In this document: positions 23,930 to 36,160 of the stretch, piece by piece | How the letters are laid out: every line of letters starts with the position of its first letter | How positions within the stretch are numbered: the stretch's first letter is position 1 | Source: Macrostomum lignano | Taxonomy: Eukaryota | Length of the DNA: 64,000 nt | NCBI GenBank assembly: GCA_002269645.1 | Contig: NIVC01003093.1 | Coordinates: 229 to 64,228, forward strand | Direction: 5' to 3' | The notes under the pieces: model-generated | Databases searched by the model: none | The model's input: the letters and a program-made list of their open reading frames with translations, nothing else | Told to the model about the DNA's origin: nothing | Position numbers and translations under genes: made by a program

Positions 23930-25935
23930 ATGCCTTCAATCAGCAAGGATAAGCCACAGCAGCGTGGCTCTTCAAAGCTGCAGCAGAAGCAGAAATTGGC
24001 AAAGCCAAAGCAGCAGCAGCCAACCAAGGTGGTTCTCCGCCGCCTGCCTGCCGGCCTGTCTGAGGCCGACTTCCTCGCCCAGGTTGGCAGCTTGCCGTTC
24101 CAGCACAGCGAATTTCGCTACTGCCCTGCCGACCCGGAGCTCGGCTTCTGCCGGGCCTACGTCTGCTTGAGCAACAAGGAGGACCTGCTGCCCTTCTGCC
24201 AGCAGTGGGATGGCTACGTCTTCGTGGATGCCAAGGGGGTCGAGTCGGCCGCTCTGGTCGAGCTGGCGCCCTACCAGGTAAGGCCTGGCCTCTGCAGCCA
24301 AGTGCCTCTTTTCCTCTCTACTCCCCTTCCATCTCTGCCGCTCTCACCTGTCCTCTAATAATAATAAATAATAATAATGCCTAATAGGCAGATGTACAAC
24401 CGACAGCTCAGCCGCAGCTATTGCGCGGCGCATCTGAAGGCTGCGTACGGCTGTTCAGTCCTAGGACTGGGGGTTGCCACGCACCCTCAATTACCCCAGC
24501 TAATGCTGGCACCCATTTTACAACTATGTGAACTGAAGCAATGCAGAGTTAAGTGTCTTGCTCAAGGACACATGAAATTGTTCCAAGTGGGTCGAGAATC
24601 GAACCCCCGACCTTTCGACGCTCTAACCACTTAGACCACAATCCTTATGCTATGCCTAGACTTCCCCTAACTCAGTAGGCTAGTTAGAGTGCACTTGGAG
24701 TTTAATAGGGCGTCCAGAGCGTCTCAGAAGTGACGCACTAACGATTCTATCAGTGACGCTGAAGCGCTTCTTCTGCGACTTTTCTAGCGCTCAAATGCGC
24801 TTGAAATACGATTCTACGGCCCCAGAGTTGTTTCACAGTCGCAGACAATAAAACGCTTCAAAGTGATTTTCGAGGAGTCTGAAATGACTCTGGGATGCTT
24901 CTTGGCCTGGGCACCGTTCTCATCGGCTTTTGTTCAATACCTTTCCAGGTGACAGACGGCGCCAAGAGGGCCAAGCCGAATCTGAAGCAGGGCACTCTGG
25001 AGGCCACGCCCGAGTACGCCGCCTTCCTGGCCGACCTGGCGGCCGAAGCGGACCGGCCGGCGCCGACCTGGGAGTCCAGCCTCGAAGCCATTCGCCGGCG
25101 CGAGAAAGAATCCGCCGAGGCTGCCGACGCGTCCAAGCTGACCCCGCTGCTGCTGCACCTGCGGCAGAAGCGGCTGGACCGGCAGCGCCAGCAGCGGGAC
25201 AAGGCCGAGGCGCGGCGGCGAGACGATGAGGACAGGCGGAAACGCGACCGGGAGCGGGAGAAGCAGCGAAAGCAGCAGCAGGGCAAGCCGAAGCAGCAGT
25301 CTCAGCAGAAGCAAGCTTCGGCAGGCGCCAAACCTGAAACTGCTCAAGCTTCCCAGCCTCCATCAGCATCATCCTCATCAACTAAAGTAATAGAAATAAA
25401 ACGTAGGCCTGCAACTGCCGCTGACGAGAGAAACTCTGTGGATGAGAAGCCTCCGCCACCTCAGCCTCCGCCACCTCAGCCTCCGCCACCTCAGCCTCCG
25501 CCACCTCCGCCGCAGCAGCAGCCGCAGCAGCAGCAGCAGCAACAGAAACCGGCGCAACCAAAGCAGAAGCAGCAGAAGCAGCAAGCAAGTGCAGACAGTC
25601 GCGGTGGAGGCGGAGGCGGAGGTCGCGGAGCCGCCGGCGGAGGACGCGGTGGCGGCGGCGGCGGCAGGCGGAAGACAGACTTCGATTATAAGCAAGAGTA
25701 CTACAAGTACTTGCAGGGCATTGGGGGCTACGAAGAATATGGCGGCGGAGGGGCCGGCGGCAGCGGCGGCTACAGACAGGACGGCTCTTCCGCTTCCTAT
25801 TCTCGTCGAGGCGGTCGCGGAGGCGGCGGAGGCGGGGGCGGCAGCCAGGGCCAGAGCGGTCCGCAGCAGCCACAACAGCCACAGAAGTCCTACAGCGCGC
25901 AGCGCAGCGCAAGAGGCGGCGGCGACCGCAGCTGA
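23930..25935 (+). CDS. UPF3: Nonsense-mediated decay factor UPF3 (Smg4/UPF3 RRM-like domain); exons 23930-24277 and 24949-25935
   Basis: TKVVLRRLP..RAYV..EDLLPFCQQWDGYVFVDAKGVESAALVELAPYQ | VTDG..KQGTLEATPEYAAFL matches the UPF3 signature (KVVIRRLPP, FDGYVFxDxKG, VEFAPFQ, GTIExDPEY). GT-AG phase-0 intron 24278-24948. Confidence 0.93.
24357..24640 (-). mobile_element. tRNA-derived CORE-type SINE in the UPF3 intron
   Basis: Minus strand: A box TGGTCTAAGTGG (24638-27), B box GGTTCGATTCT (24605-595), body GTGTCCTTGAGCAAGACACTTAACTC..GCTTCAGTT..TGTAAAATGGG resembling the MIR CORE, and an (ATT)n tail at 24357-78. Confidence 0.8.
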
Positions 25936-26744
25936 CATTGAGGGTGTAGTCGGTGGGCCTATTGTGTTATACCTGGTCATGGGAAAGAATATATCGAAAG
26001 TTAATATTTGTGATTATTTTCTATAGTTCAATTTGATTTTGATATCCGTAGATTGGTGCAAATTCTTTTTTTAGAACACATGTGATGATCCGTATGGCCT
26101 ACGTAACAGTAGTGTGCGAGTGCGTTCCTCTCCTGATCTACTCTCCCTCTCCTACCTCTCCCTCTCGTCCCTCTTCCTCTCTCTTCCTCTCTCTAGCTAC
26201 CTCAATCCCTCCCTTGCTCTCCCACTCTCCCTCTACCTCTCTAGCTACCTCTTTCCCTCACCCTCTACCTCTCCTCCCTCACCCTCTCGCTCTGTCCCTC
26301 CTTCACTCCTCCCTCTCTCTCAAATAGAAGATTGCATCAGTATTTCCCCATTCTGCTGGGTGCAGTTGGGGTTGAAATTGAAGCTTCAGGTTGAAACGAA
26401 TTTAAAAATCATCTCTTCGATATCCGTTCATGCAGCCGTCTGTAAACATCTTGACATTTTATTGCACGTGTAACACCATTTTATGCAGCTTCTGACAAAA
26501 CTATTGCTACTGGTCTTTGTCTGTTTCGTCTTTGAGCCTGTGCTAAACCAAGAACTGATGCGTGTTTCACATAATCACTTTAATATAATAATACATTTGT
26601 GATTGACCTCCGTCATACTGGTAAATAATTTTCATCAGCTTCAGTGCAAACAAATCTGACTTTGAGTGGCGGTTTTTGTTTTTTTTCTCTATTATCTTGC
26701 TTCACTCTCACTACATCAGTGTCTCTCTCAGTGCCTCTCAATGT

Positions 26745-27050
26745 TTTCAGTTTGAGTCTTTCTTAGTGTCTCTCTCAATGCTCTCAGCGCCCCTCTCAAT
26801 GCTCTCAGTGCCTCTCTCAATGCTCTCAGTGCCTCTCAATGCTCTCAGTGCCTCTCTCAATGCTCTCAGTGTCTCTCTCAATGCTCTCAGTGTCTCTCTC
26901 AATGCTCTCAGCGCCTCTCTCAATGCTCTCAGTGCCTCTCTCAATATGCTCTCAGTGCCTCTCTCAATGCTCTCAGTGCCTCTCTCAATGCTCTCAGTGC
27001 CTCTCTCAATGCTCTCAGTGCCTCTCAGTGTCTCCCAGTGCCTCTCAGCT
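26745..27050. repeat. 21-bp minisatellite CTCTCAATGCTCTCAGTGCCT
   Basis: Directly visible. Confidence 0.93.
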
Positions 27051-27329
27051 TTTTTGAGTGCCCTGCCCTCACTCGAGTCACTCCGCCTGTGTGGAACCCT
27101 AGCCTCGTCATCGTGAAGACTTCGCACCAGAATACTCGCAGCTTCCAAACACGACAACCTCAGAGCGAAACTATATCGCACTCAAATTCATCTATAGGAG
27201 GTTGCGCGCCTGTCGAGCTAAGCGGCTAAATATGTTTGCTTGCGCCTCCTTTTGATTTCAATTAGCCTTTCAACTTTACTGGCTTTACTGTTCAATCGAA
27301 AGTTTAGAACACAAGTTTTTGTTCGAACG

Positions 27330-27608
27330 ATAGTTGTTAGGCCACCAGTTTGCTCGCTCGCAAGTTGTTAGCGCATTTGGTTGCAGGAACGCTGGTAGAA
27401 TTCAAGCTTTCTCCGCATCCGTAAGTCCGTACGTTCTCATCATAAGGTCAAACTGGTTTAGGAATTGTGTGAACGGCGCTCCAATCTCGTACCTTCCCAG
27501 ACGCTGTTGTTCGGCCTGTACGATGCCTGGGATTTGCGTTGTTGTTCGCTCTTCCCGAAGCCGTTGGAGCTCGTTTCTCAGCGCTTGTAAATCTGCTGCG
27601 TCGGCCAT
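27330..27608 (-). pseudogene. Gypsy-type gag N-terminal remnant
   Basis: MADAADLQALRNELQRLREE..LGRYEIGAPFTQFLNQFDLMMRTYGLTDAEKA*ILPAFLQPNAL resembles a retrotransposon gag N-domain; the internal TGA is probably derived from CGA. Confidence 0.6.
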
Positions 27609-28167
27609 ATCTTCTTCTGAAATCGGTTCGTCGTCTTATCATCAAAGTTAAGTTAACTAGACCCATGCTTAATTAATTGTGACAATTACCGTTGCTATGG
27701 TAACCGTCGCTCTAATTAAAACCTGACTGCAGGCTGTCAACTGGCCTGAGTCCGAGTTCGCTTGGTGCATCGACGCAGTTATGATGAATAATAAATTTAT
27801 ACCAAAAAAATTTTCTGCCCTATATCAAAGCAGCACGTGGGTATTCCCAGCTTGAAAACTAATTATTGATTTTTTCCCCACTGGGTGCAGCTCTGCTTTT
27901 GTCTGTCTGGCTGTCTCTCTGATCCTGCCCCGTCCGTGTCTGCCAGTCCACACAGCTGCATGTAGCTCAGCTGCAGTTCCCGTAATGCTTCCTCTGTGGT
28001 ATGCTTTTCCTGTTCATCTTCCTCTCAGCTGGGGCTCCGGCTAGCGCCAAAGCCTTCGTATTGTAGTGCATGCATGTAGGTCTTGAGTTCGATTCCGTTC
28101 CACGGCAGCCATATTAATAGATTGTATAGCTTTGCTTTTTGTGGTCCCAAGCTCGATAGTGACGTTA

Positions 28168-28420
28168 ATAACTTGGGTCTGGTGGTCCTGAGTTCTTATC
28201 CGTGTGCGGTGGCTATGCTAATATCTTTTGGTTTGGATGTCCTGAGTTCGAATCCGTGTGCGGTGGCTATGCTAACAACTTTGGGTTTGGATGTCCTGAG
28301 TTCGAATCCGTGTGCGGTGGCTATGCTAACAACTTTGGGTTTGGATGTCCTGAGTTCGAATCCGTGTGCGGTGGCTATACTAATAACTTTGGGTTTGGAT
28401 GTCCTGAGTTCGATTCCGTG
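28168..28420 (+). repeat. 54-bp tandem repeat with a tRNA-like B box in each unit, about 4.5 copies
   Basis: Unit TTGGGTTTGGATGTCCTGAGTTCGAATCCGTGTGCGGTGGCTATGCTAACAACT. Confidence 0.85.
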
Positions 28421-29139
28421 CTTAGCTGGGGTCCGCGAAAAGAGCTCCCATCTCCTATAGATGTATCTCTTCTATCCTGCTCACCTGTCTCAGCCAACCC
28501 TCCCATCGCCCACGGCTGTTTCAAACTGCAGATTTAACTCAGCCTCACTATATGGCCAATCATACATTTATGCCAACTCTTGTTTAACTACCGCCTATAA
28601 ATTTAATTAATCCACCGAAAACTTTTTGAGCAGCAGCTCATTAGCGTCAGAACTACAAATTGATGAGCAGTGTATAGATACAGAAGTCTGGCTGATTGGC
28701 CTTAAGACCCCTCCCCGATCGGCAATAAAACTTTATTGACAGCAGAAATTAATTACTTGTCTACCCTCCTTCATTGGCAATGTCCGCGCTGCCAACTGCT
28801 CTTGTACAGGTAGCCATAGCTCGGCTGAGTTAAACTGCCTGAGAAAATCTGCACTGTGATGGGTTTAGAGGGCTCCGGCTGCATGGCTTCATTGGCTGTC
28901 CGATCATCTGTCCCAATGGTGTTGTCATGGCAACCACCCGCATATACGCGAATACGAAGTAAGCCTGGCTGGAACAGGCAAGCTCTGCTGATTCCCATTA
29001 TTAATCCCTGAACCCCTTCTAACCTCAGTCCCGGCTGCTGGCAAGTGCTGAGTTTGGTTTTATGGGGCTCTACACTGAAAGATCTGGTGTGAAAACTGCT
29101 GCTTCCAAATCCCATCACTGCTATGAAGTATGGCTGACT

Positions 29140-29890
29140 GTGCCTCTCAGTGCCTCTCCTAGTGCCTCTCCTAGTGCCTCTCCTAGTGCCTCTTCTCTCA
29201 GTGCCTCTCAGTGCCTCTCCTAGTGCCTCTCCTAGTGCCTCTCAGTGCCTTTCAGTGCCTCTCCTAGTGCCTCTCCTAGTGCCTCTCCTAGTGCCTCTCC
29301 TAGTGCCTCTTCTCTCAGTGCCTCTCAGTGCCTCTCCTAGTGCCTCTCCTAGTGCCTCTTCTCTCAGTGCCTCTCAGTGCCTCTCCTAGTGCCTCTCCTA
29401 GTGCCTCTCAGTGCCTTTCAGTGCCTCTCCTAGTGCCTCTCCTAGTGCCTCTCCTAGTGCCTCTTCTCTCAGTGCCTCTCAGTGCCTCTCCTAGTGCCTC
29501 TTCTCTCAGTGCCTCTCAGTGCCTCTCCTAGTGCCTCTCCTAGTACCTCTCCTAGTGCCTCTCCTAGTGCCTCTTCTCTCAGTGCCTCTCAGTGCCTCTC
29601 CTAGTGCCTCTTCTCTCAGTGCCTCTCAGTGCCTCTCCTAGTGCCTCTCCTAGTGCCTCTCCTAGTGCCTCTCCTAGTGCCTCTCCTAGTGCCTCTCCTA
29701 GTGCCTCTCCTAGTGCCTCTCCTAGTGCCTCCTCTCTCAGTGTCTCTCAGTGCCTCTCTCAGTGCCTCTCCTAGTGCCTCTCAGTGCCTTTCAGTGCCTC
29801 TCCTAGTGCCTCTTCTCTCAGTGTCTTTCAGTGCCTCTCAGTGCCTCTCCTAGTGCCTCTCCTAGTGCCTCCTCTCTCAGTGTCTCAGTG
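29140..29890. repeat. 12-bp-based minisatellite (CCTCTCCTAGTG) with CTCAGTGCCT variants
   Basis: Directly visible; shares the AGTGCCTCTC core with the 26.7-27.0 kb array. Confidence 0.93.
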
Positions 29891-30231
29891 CCTCTTCCAG
29901 TGCCTCTCCCAGTGTCTCTCCTGAAGAGAGAAAAGAGAAACGACTTCTGCTGAAAATTGTGTGCCAACTGTAAAATGATTTATTTGACTTTGTGTGAGAA
30001 ACGCAGGGTTTGGCTTGAGGTTTTGGTCACTCCTCCAGATCACTAATCTCCAGGTAGTGGGGCTGGGGAGGCTGCAGGTGGGGCGCTGACCCACCCTCCC
30101 CGTGGGTGAGGTCTCACACAGGCGCCAGCACTCTATAAAGCTTTAAACTGCTGGCTTGGGAGCTGCTCAACCAGTGCAAGACATCGGCTTGTCAGAGAAG
30201 CCAGCAAGCTTAAAATTTAGTCCGTGATTCA

Positions 30232-31510
30232 ATGAGCAGCATCGAGATGACTTCTAACGGAGAGACCGCAATGCGACCCGAAGGTAAAATTATCTTCAAT
30301 ACCTGGCCACCTGTCAAAAATCTACCGGTATATACTAATTTTGCGTTGTTTGTCTGTCTGTCTGTCTATCTTTCTGTGGAATTGATTTTTTCGTAAACCC
30401 TCTGGTCGAGAAATAAAGCCGATATGTATCGAAAAAATAAAACTAGAGAAATAAAACCGATATGTATAAAAAATATAAAACTAGAGAAATAAAGCCGATA
30501 TGTATCAAAAAATATAAAACTAGAGAACTAAAGCCGATATGTATCGAAAAAAAATAAAACTAGAGAAATAAAGTCGATATGTATCGAAAAAAATAAAACT
30601 AGAGAAATAAAGCCGATATGTATCGAAAAAGATAAAACTAGGGAAATAACGCCGATATGTATCAAAAAAATATGAAACTACCAAATGCGATATGTATAGA
30701 AAGAATACAAAAAACCCTGCGATGAAAAATTCGATTTGGAAGTGCTGGGTCAAATATTATGAATTTGAATGCCCCCCAGTGGGGGGGGGGGCTTGGTGCG
30801 CTAGTTATTGCTATTGTAACAACTAACGACCCCTGGCTCGATTCGCATTCACTTTGGTCTTGTGCGCACGTGTGTATGAGGCAGAATTATCGAAGGCGTT
30901 GCGTCAGGGTTTCCGCAGTCCTGTTGCAATTATTATTTATTAAATACATGTTAATAGGCACTGCACTATAGCAGTTGTCAGCAGCAATATATTCCCTCTC
31001 TACAAGCCGCAGGTGCCAAAGCCGAGAAAATCGGTTGCTGCGGCTGGCTGCTCGCAGGACTCTCCTACCTGGTTGCCTTGTTCACTTTTCCGGTGTCCCT
31101 ACTTTTCTGTCTTAAGGTGAGTGCCAGCTCTGTTGCTCCATCAGCTATAAATTTGTCGCTTGTTGTGCAGGCAGCCATTTCTGTGACAATGTGCCGCAGG
31201 TGGTGCAGGAATACGAGCGGGCTGTGATCTTCCGCCTCGGTCGGCTGATCAGTGGCGGCGCGAAGGGCCCAGGTGAGTTGAGCTCTTGGATTTGCCTTTC
31301 GGTGGCTCCTATTTGAGTAGCTGATTCACGCCTCGTTTGAGCACCCGCCTCTGCTTCTCTACCATTGTGCTCAAGGCATCATCCTTGTGCTGCCGTGCAT
31401 CGAGAGTTATAGCAAGGTGGACCTGAGGACCGTCTCCTTTGACGTGCCGCCGCAAGAGGTCAGACTGGAATCGGATTGCTGTTGTCTGTCTGTCTGTGTG
31501 TCTGTCTGTG

Positions 31511-31569
<59 letters not shown>

Positions 31570-31570
31570 A

Positions 31571-31611
<41 letters not shown>

Positions 31612-34600
31612 GTCTGTCTGTCTGTCTGCAACCCTAGACCGGCCCTCTGTCCAGGTGCTCACTAAGGACTCCGTCACCGTCAGCGTGGACGCTGTGGTGT
31701 ATTACCGAGTCAACAATGCCACAGTCTCGGTGGCAAACGTGGAGAACGCGCACCACTCCACCAGGCTGCTGGCCCAAACCACCCTGAGGAACGTGCTAGG
31801 CACCAAGAACCTGGCCGAGATCCTGTCCGAACGGGAGAGCATCAGCAACTCCATGCAGGTGAGCAGCCATGGCTACCACCAGCTCCACTTTGCAGTAGTA
31901 GCAGCCAGGCAGACTCTCCATCTCTCCCTGACTCTCTCCATCTCTCCCTGACTTTCTCCATCCCTCCCTGACTCTCTCCATCTCTCCCTGACTCTCTCCA
32001 TCTCTCCCTGACTTTCTCCATCCCTCCCTGACTCTCTCCATCCCTCCCTGACTCTCTCCATCTCTCCCTGACTTTCTCCATCCCTCTCTGACTCTCTCCA
32101 TCTCTCCCTGACTTTCTCCATCCCTCCCTGACTCTCTCCATCCCTCCCTGACTCTCTCCATCTCTCCCTGACTCTCTCTCCATCTCTCCCTGACTTTCTC
32201 CATCTCTCCCTGACTCTCTCCATCTCTCCCTGACTTTCTCCATCTCTCCCTGACTTTCTCCATCCCTCCCTGACTCTCTCCATCCCTCCCTGACTCTCTC
32301 CATCTCTCCCTGACTCTCTCTCCATCTCTCCCTGACTTTCTCCATCTCTCCCTGACTCTCTCCATCTCTCCCTGACTCTCTCCATCTCTCCCTGACTTTC
32401 TGAGCAGCCATGGCTACCACCAGCTCCACTTTGCAGTAGTAGCAGCCAGGCAGACTCTCCATCTCTCCCTGACTCTCTCCATCTCTCCCTGACTTTCTCC
32501 ATCCCTCCCTGACTCTCTCCATCTCTCCCTGACTCTCTCCATCTCTCCCTGACTTTCTCCATCTCTCCCTGACTCTCTCCATCTCTCCCTGACTCTCTCC
32601 ATCTCTCTCTGACTCTCTCCATCTCTCCCTGACTTTCTGAGCAGCCATGGCTACCACCAGCTCCACTTTGCAGTAGTAGCAGCCAGGCAGACTCTCCATC
32701 TCTCCCTGACTCTCTCCATCTCTCCCTGACTCTCTCCATCTCTCCCTGACTTTCTCCATCTCTCCCTGACTCTCTCCATCTCTCCCTGACTCTCTCCATC
32801 TCTCCCTGACTCTCTCCATCCCTCCCTGACTCTCTCCATCTCTCCCTGACTCTCTCCATCTCTCCCTGACTTTCTCCATCCCTCTCTGACTCTCTCCATC
32901 TCTCCCTGACTCTGATTTCTCTCCTCGATAGTAAGTTCAGTATTACCGGTCGCAACTTCAATCTGATTTCAGACTGCCCTTGACGAAGCCACCGTAGCCT
33001 GGGGTATCAAAGTTGAGCGAGTTGAAATGTAAGTAAACATTTGTTACTACTTACTGTATAAGTAGCGTGTTGACAAGCAAAAAAAGTCAAGTTAAAATCC
33101 TGAGCATTATTAATCATTGCAGCAAGGATGTCCGCCTGCCGGTTCAGCTGCAGAGGGCCATGGCTGCCGAAGCCGAGGCCGACAGGGAGGCCCGCGCCAA
33201 GGTTCGTGGAGTGAATGAGTGAAAGACTGATGGAGTGAATGAGTGACAGACTGATGGAGTGAATAAGTGACAGACTGATGAAGTGAATGAGTGACAGACT
33301 GATGGAGTGAATGAGTGACAGACTGTCTGATGGAGTGAATGAGTGACAGACTGTCTGATGGAGTGAATGAGTGACAGACTGTCTGATGGAGTGAATGAGT
33401 GACAGACTGTCTGATGGAGTGAATGAGTGACAGACTGATGGAGTGAATGAGTGACAGACTGATGGAGTGAATGAGTGACAGACTGTCTGATGGAGTGAAT
33501 GAGTGACAGACTGTCTGATGGAGTGAATGAGTGACAGACTGATGGAGTGAATGAGTGACAGACTGTCTGATGGAGTGAATGAGTGACAGACTGTCTGATG
33601 GAGTGAATGAGTGACAGACTGTCTGATGGAGTGAATGAGTGACAGACTGATGGAGTGAATGAGTGACAGACTGTCTGATGGAGTGAATGAGTGACAGACT
33701 GATGGAGTGAATGAGTGACAGACTGATGGAGTGAATGAGTGACAGACTGTCTGATGGAGTGAATGAGTGACAGACTGATGGAGTGAATGAGTGACAGACT
33801 GTCTGATGGAGTGAATGAGTGACAGACTGATGGAGTGAATGAGTGACAGACTGATGGAGTGAATGAGTGACAGACTGTCTGATGGAGTGAATGAGTGACA
33901 GACTGATGGAGTTAATGAGTGACAGACTGATGGAGTGAAAGATTTGTGGAGTGACAGATCGACGAGGTAACTTTTTTGCAAAGGGAAAATTGACAGTGTA
34001 ATGACACTGTATCTGTGATAGAGTGTTAGATTGACAAAGTGACAGATTGACGGAGTGAAAGATTGACGGAGTGACAGATTGACGGATCGACAGATTGACG
34101 GAGTGACAGATTGGCGGATTGACAGATTGACGGAGTGCCAGATTGACGGATTGACAGATTGACGGAGTGACAGATTGATAAAGTGACAGATTGACGGAGT
34201 GACAGATTGAAAAAGTGACAGATTGACAAAGTGACAGATTGACAAAGTGACGGATTGACAAAGTGACAGATTGACGGAGTGACAGATTGGCAAAGTGACA
34301 GATTGACAAAGTGACAGATTGACGGAGTGACAGATTGGCAAAGTGACAGATTGACAAAGTGACAGATTGACGGAGTGACAGATTGACAAAGTGACAGATT
34401 GACAAAGTGACAGATTGACAAAGTGACAGATTGACGGAGTGACAGATTGACAAAGTGACAGATTGACAAAGTGACAGATTGACGGAGTGACAGATTGACG
34501 GATTGACAGATTGACGGAGTGACAGATTGACGGAGTGACAGATTGACGGAGTGACAGATTGACGGAGTGACAGATTGATGGAGTGACAGATTGACAAAGT

Positions 34601-35305
34601 GACAGATTGACGGAGTGACAGATTGACAAAGTGACAGATTGACAAGGTGACAGATTGTCGGAGTGACAGATTGACGGAGTGACAGATTGACGGAGTGAGA
34701 GATTGACGGAGTGACAGATTGACGGAGTGACAGATTGACAAAGTGACAGATTGACGGAGTGACAGATTGACAAGGTGACAGATTGTCGGAGTGACAGATT
34801 GACGGAGTGACAGATTGACAAAGTGACAGATTGACAAAGTGACGGATTGACAAAGTGACAGATTGACGGAGTGACAGATTGGCAAAGTGACAGATTGACA
34901 AAGTGACAGATTGACGGAGTGACAGATTGGCAAAGTGACAGATTGACAAAGTGACAGATTGACGGAGTGACAGATTGACAAAGTGACAGATTGACAAGGT
35001 GACAGATTGACGGAGTGACAGATTGACGGAGTGACAGATTGACGGAGTGACAGACACAGGCGAGCGTCACGCCACCTCGCCCCCGTCATTCGCAGGTGAT
35101 CGCGGCCGAGGGTGAGCAGCGCGCCTCGGTGGCCCTGAAAGAGGCCAGTGACGTCATCAGCTCGTCGCCAGCGGCCCTGCAGCTGCGCTACCTGCAGACT
35201 CTGACGGGCATCTCTGCCGAGAAGAATTCCACCATAATCTTCCCGCTGCCCATCGACCTGATAGCGACCTTCATGAACACCGCCAAAGATAAGAAAACTG
35301 ACTGA
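30232..35305 (+). CDS. STOM: Stomatin / MEC-2-like band-7 (SPFH) membrane protein, 286 aa; exons 30232-30283, 31013-31116, 31200-31272, 31376-31458, 31655-31858, 32973-33028, 33123-33201, 35096-35305
   Basis: The spliced frame is continuous: [150 protein letters not shown]. All introns are GT-AG with matching phases. TATAAA near 30133. Confidence 0.95.
30405..30700. repeat. About 40-bp AT-rich tandem repeat (AAACTAGAGAAATAAAGCCGATATGTATCGAAAAAAAT) in stomatin intron 1
   Basis: About 7 copies visible. Confidence 0.88.
31484..31628. repeat. (TCTG)n microsatellite filling stomatin intron 4
   Basis: Directly visible. Confidence 0.97.
31860..32912. repeat. 20-bp minisatellite ACTCTCTCCATCTCTCCCTG with a triplicated 55-bp unique block, stomatin intron 5
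   Basis: Period 20; the block TGAGCAGCCATGGCTACCACCAGCTCCACTTTGCAGTAGTAGCAGCCAGGCAGAC recurs near 31860, 32401 and 32638. Confidence 0.95.
33205..33940. repeat. 24/28-bp minisatellite GAGTGAATGAGTGACAGACT(GTCT)GATG, stomatin intron 7
   Basis: Directly visible; starts a few bases after the donor. Confidence 0.95.
34030..35055. repeat. 16-bp minisatellite GACAGATTGACGGAGT / GACAGATTGACAAAGT, stomatin intron 7
   Basis: Directly visible. Confidence 0.95.
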
Positions 35306-35599
35306 GCAGTTTTTGAGCAGCTTTGCCCAATGAATTCAAGTTAACAGGTCGATCTGAAACGCATGAACAGCCTCTTCTGAACATCGGCATGTCCGTCTAT
35401 CCGCTGTGTTTTTAGTTTGTTTTCTGCTACCCGCGTATAAAACTTCTGTTTTTGGATAGATTTTCGAAACTCGGTGTTATTCGGCTCGGTAGTTTATGTT
35501 TTTGTCCCTATTAAACTTTGAGTCTTGATCTCTGGAGATGCGAGGACTTGCTCTACAGTATAAGCTCCATTTATCGCTTAAAGCACTGAATCGGCTACC

Positions 35600-36160
35600 T
35601 CTACCCTCTCCACTCACTCCTCTCCACTCTCCACTCACCCCTCTCCACTCTCCACTCTCCCCTCTCCACTCTCCACTCTCCCCTCTCCACTCTCCACTCT
35701 CCCCTCTCCCCTCTCCACTCTCCACTCTCCCCTCTCCACTCTCCACTCTCCCCTCTCCCCTCTCCACTCTCCACTCTCCACTCTCCACTCTCCCCTCTCC
35801 ACTCTCCCCTCTCCACTCTCCACTCTCCCCTCTCCACTCTCCCCTCTCCACTCTCCACTCTCCCCTCTCCCCTCTCCACTCTCCACTCTCCACTCTCCCC
35901 TCTCCACTCTCCACTCTCCCCTCTCCACTCTCCCCTCTCCACTCTCCCCTCTCCCCTCTCCACTCTCCACTCTCCACTCTCCCCTCTCCACTCTCCCCTC
36001 TCCACTCTCCCCTCTCCACTCTCCACTCTCCCCTCTCCACTCTCCACTCTCCCCTCTCCACTCTCCACTCTCCCCTCTCCCCTCTCCACTCTCCACTCTC
36101 CACTCTCCCCTCTCCACTCTCCCCTCTCCACTCTCCCCTCTCCACTCTCCACTCTCCACT
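35600..36160. repeat. 7-bp pyrimidine repeat (CTCTCCA/CTCTCCC)n
   Basis: Directly visible. Confidence 0.96.

Noticed and set aside
24590-24640. tRNA gene
   Set aside because: A and B boxes are present but too close for a cloverleaf, and the sequence continues into a SINE body with a second genomic copy.
24858-26026. Multiple overlapping antisense and alternate-frame ORFs over UPF3 exon 2 (likewise over SPATA6 and the SENP-like exon)
   Set aside because: Expected shadow ORFs of GC-rich, low-complexity coding sequence.
28771-29118. 115-aa minus-strand ORF
   Set aside because: No family signature in any frame; lies between repeats.
31796-35089. Very long minus-strand ORFs (up to 687 aa)
   Set aside because: Antisense translations of stomatin intronic minisatellites.
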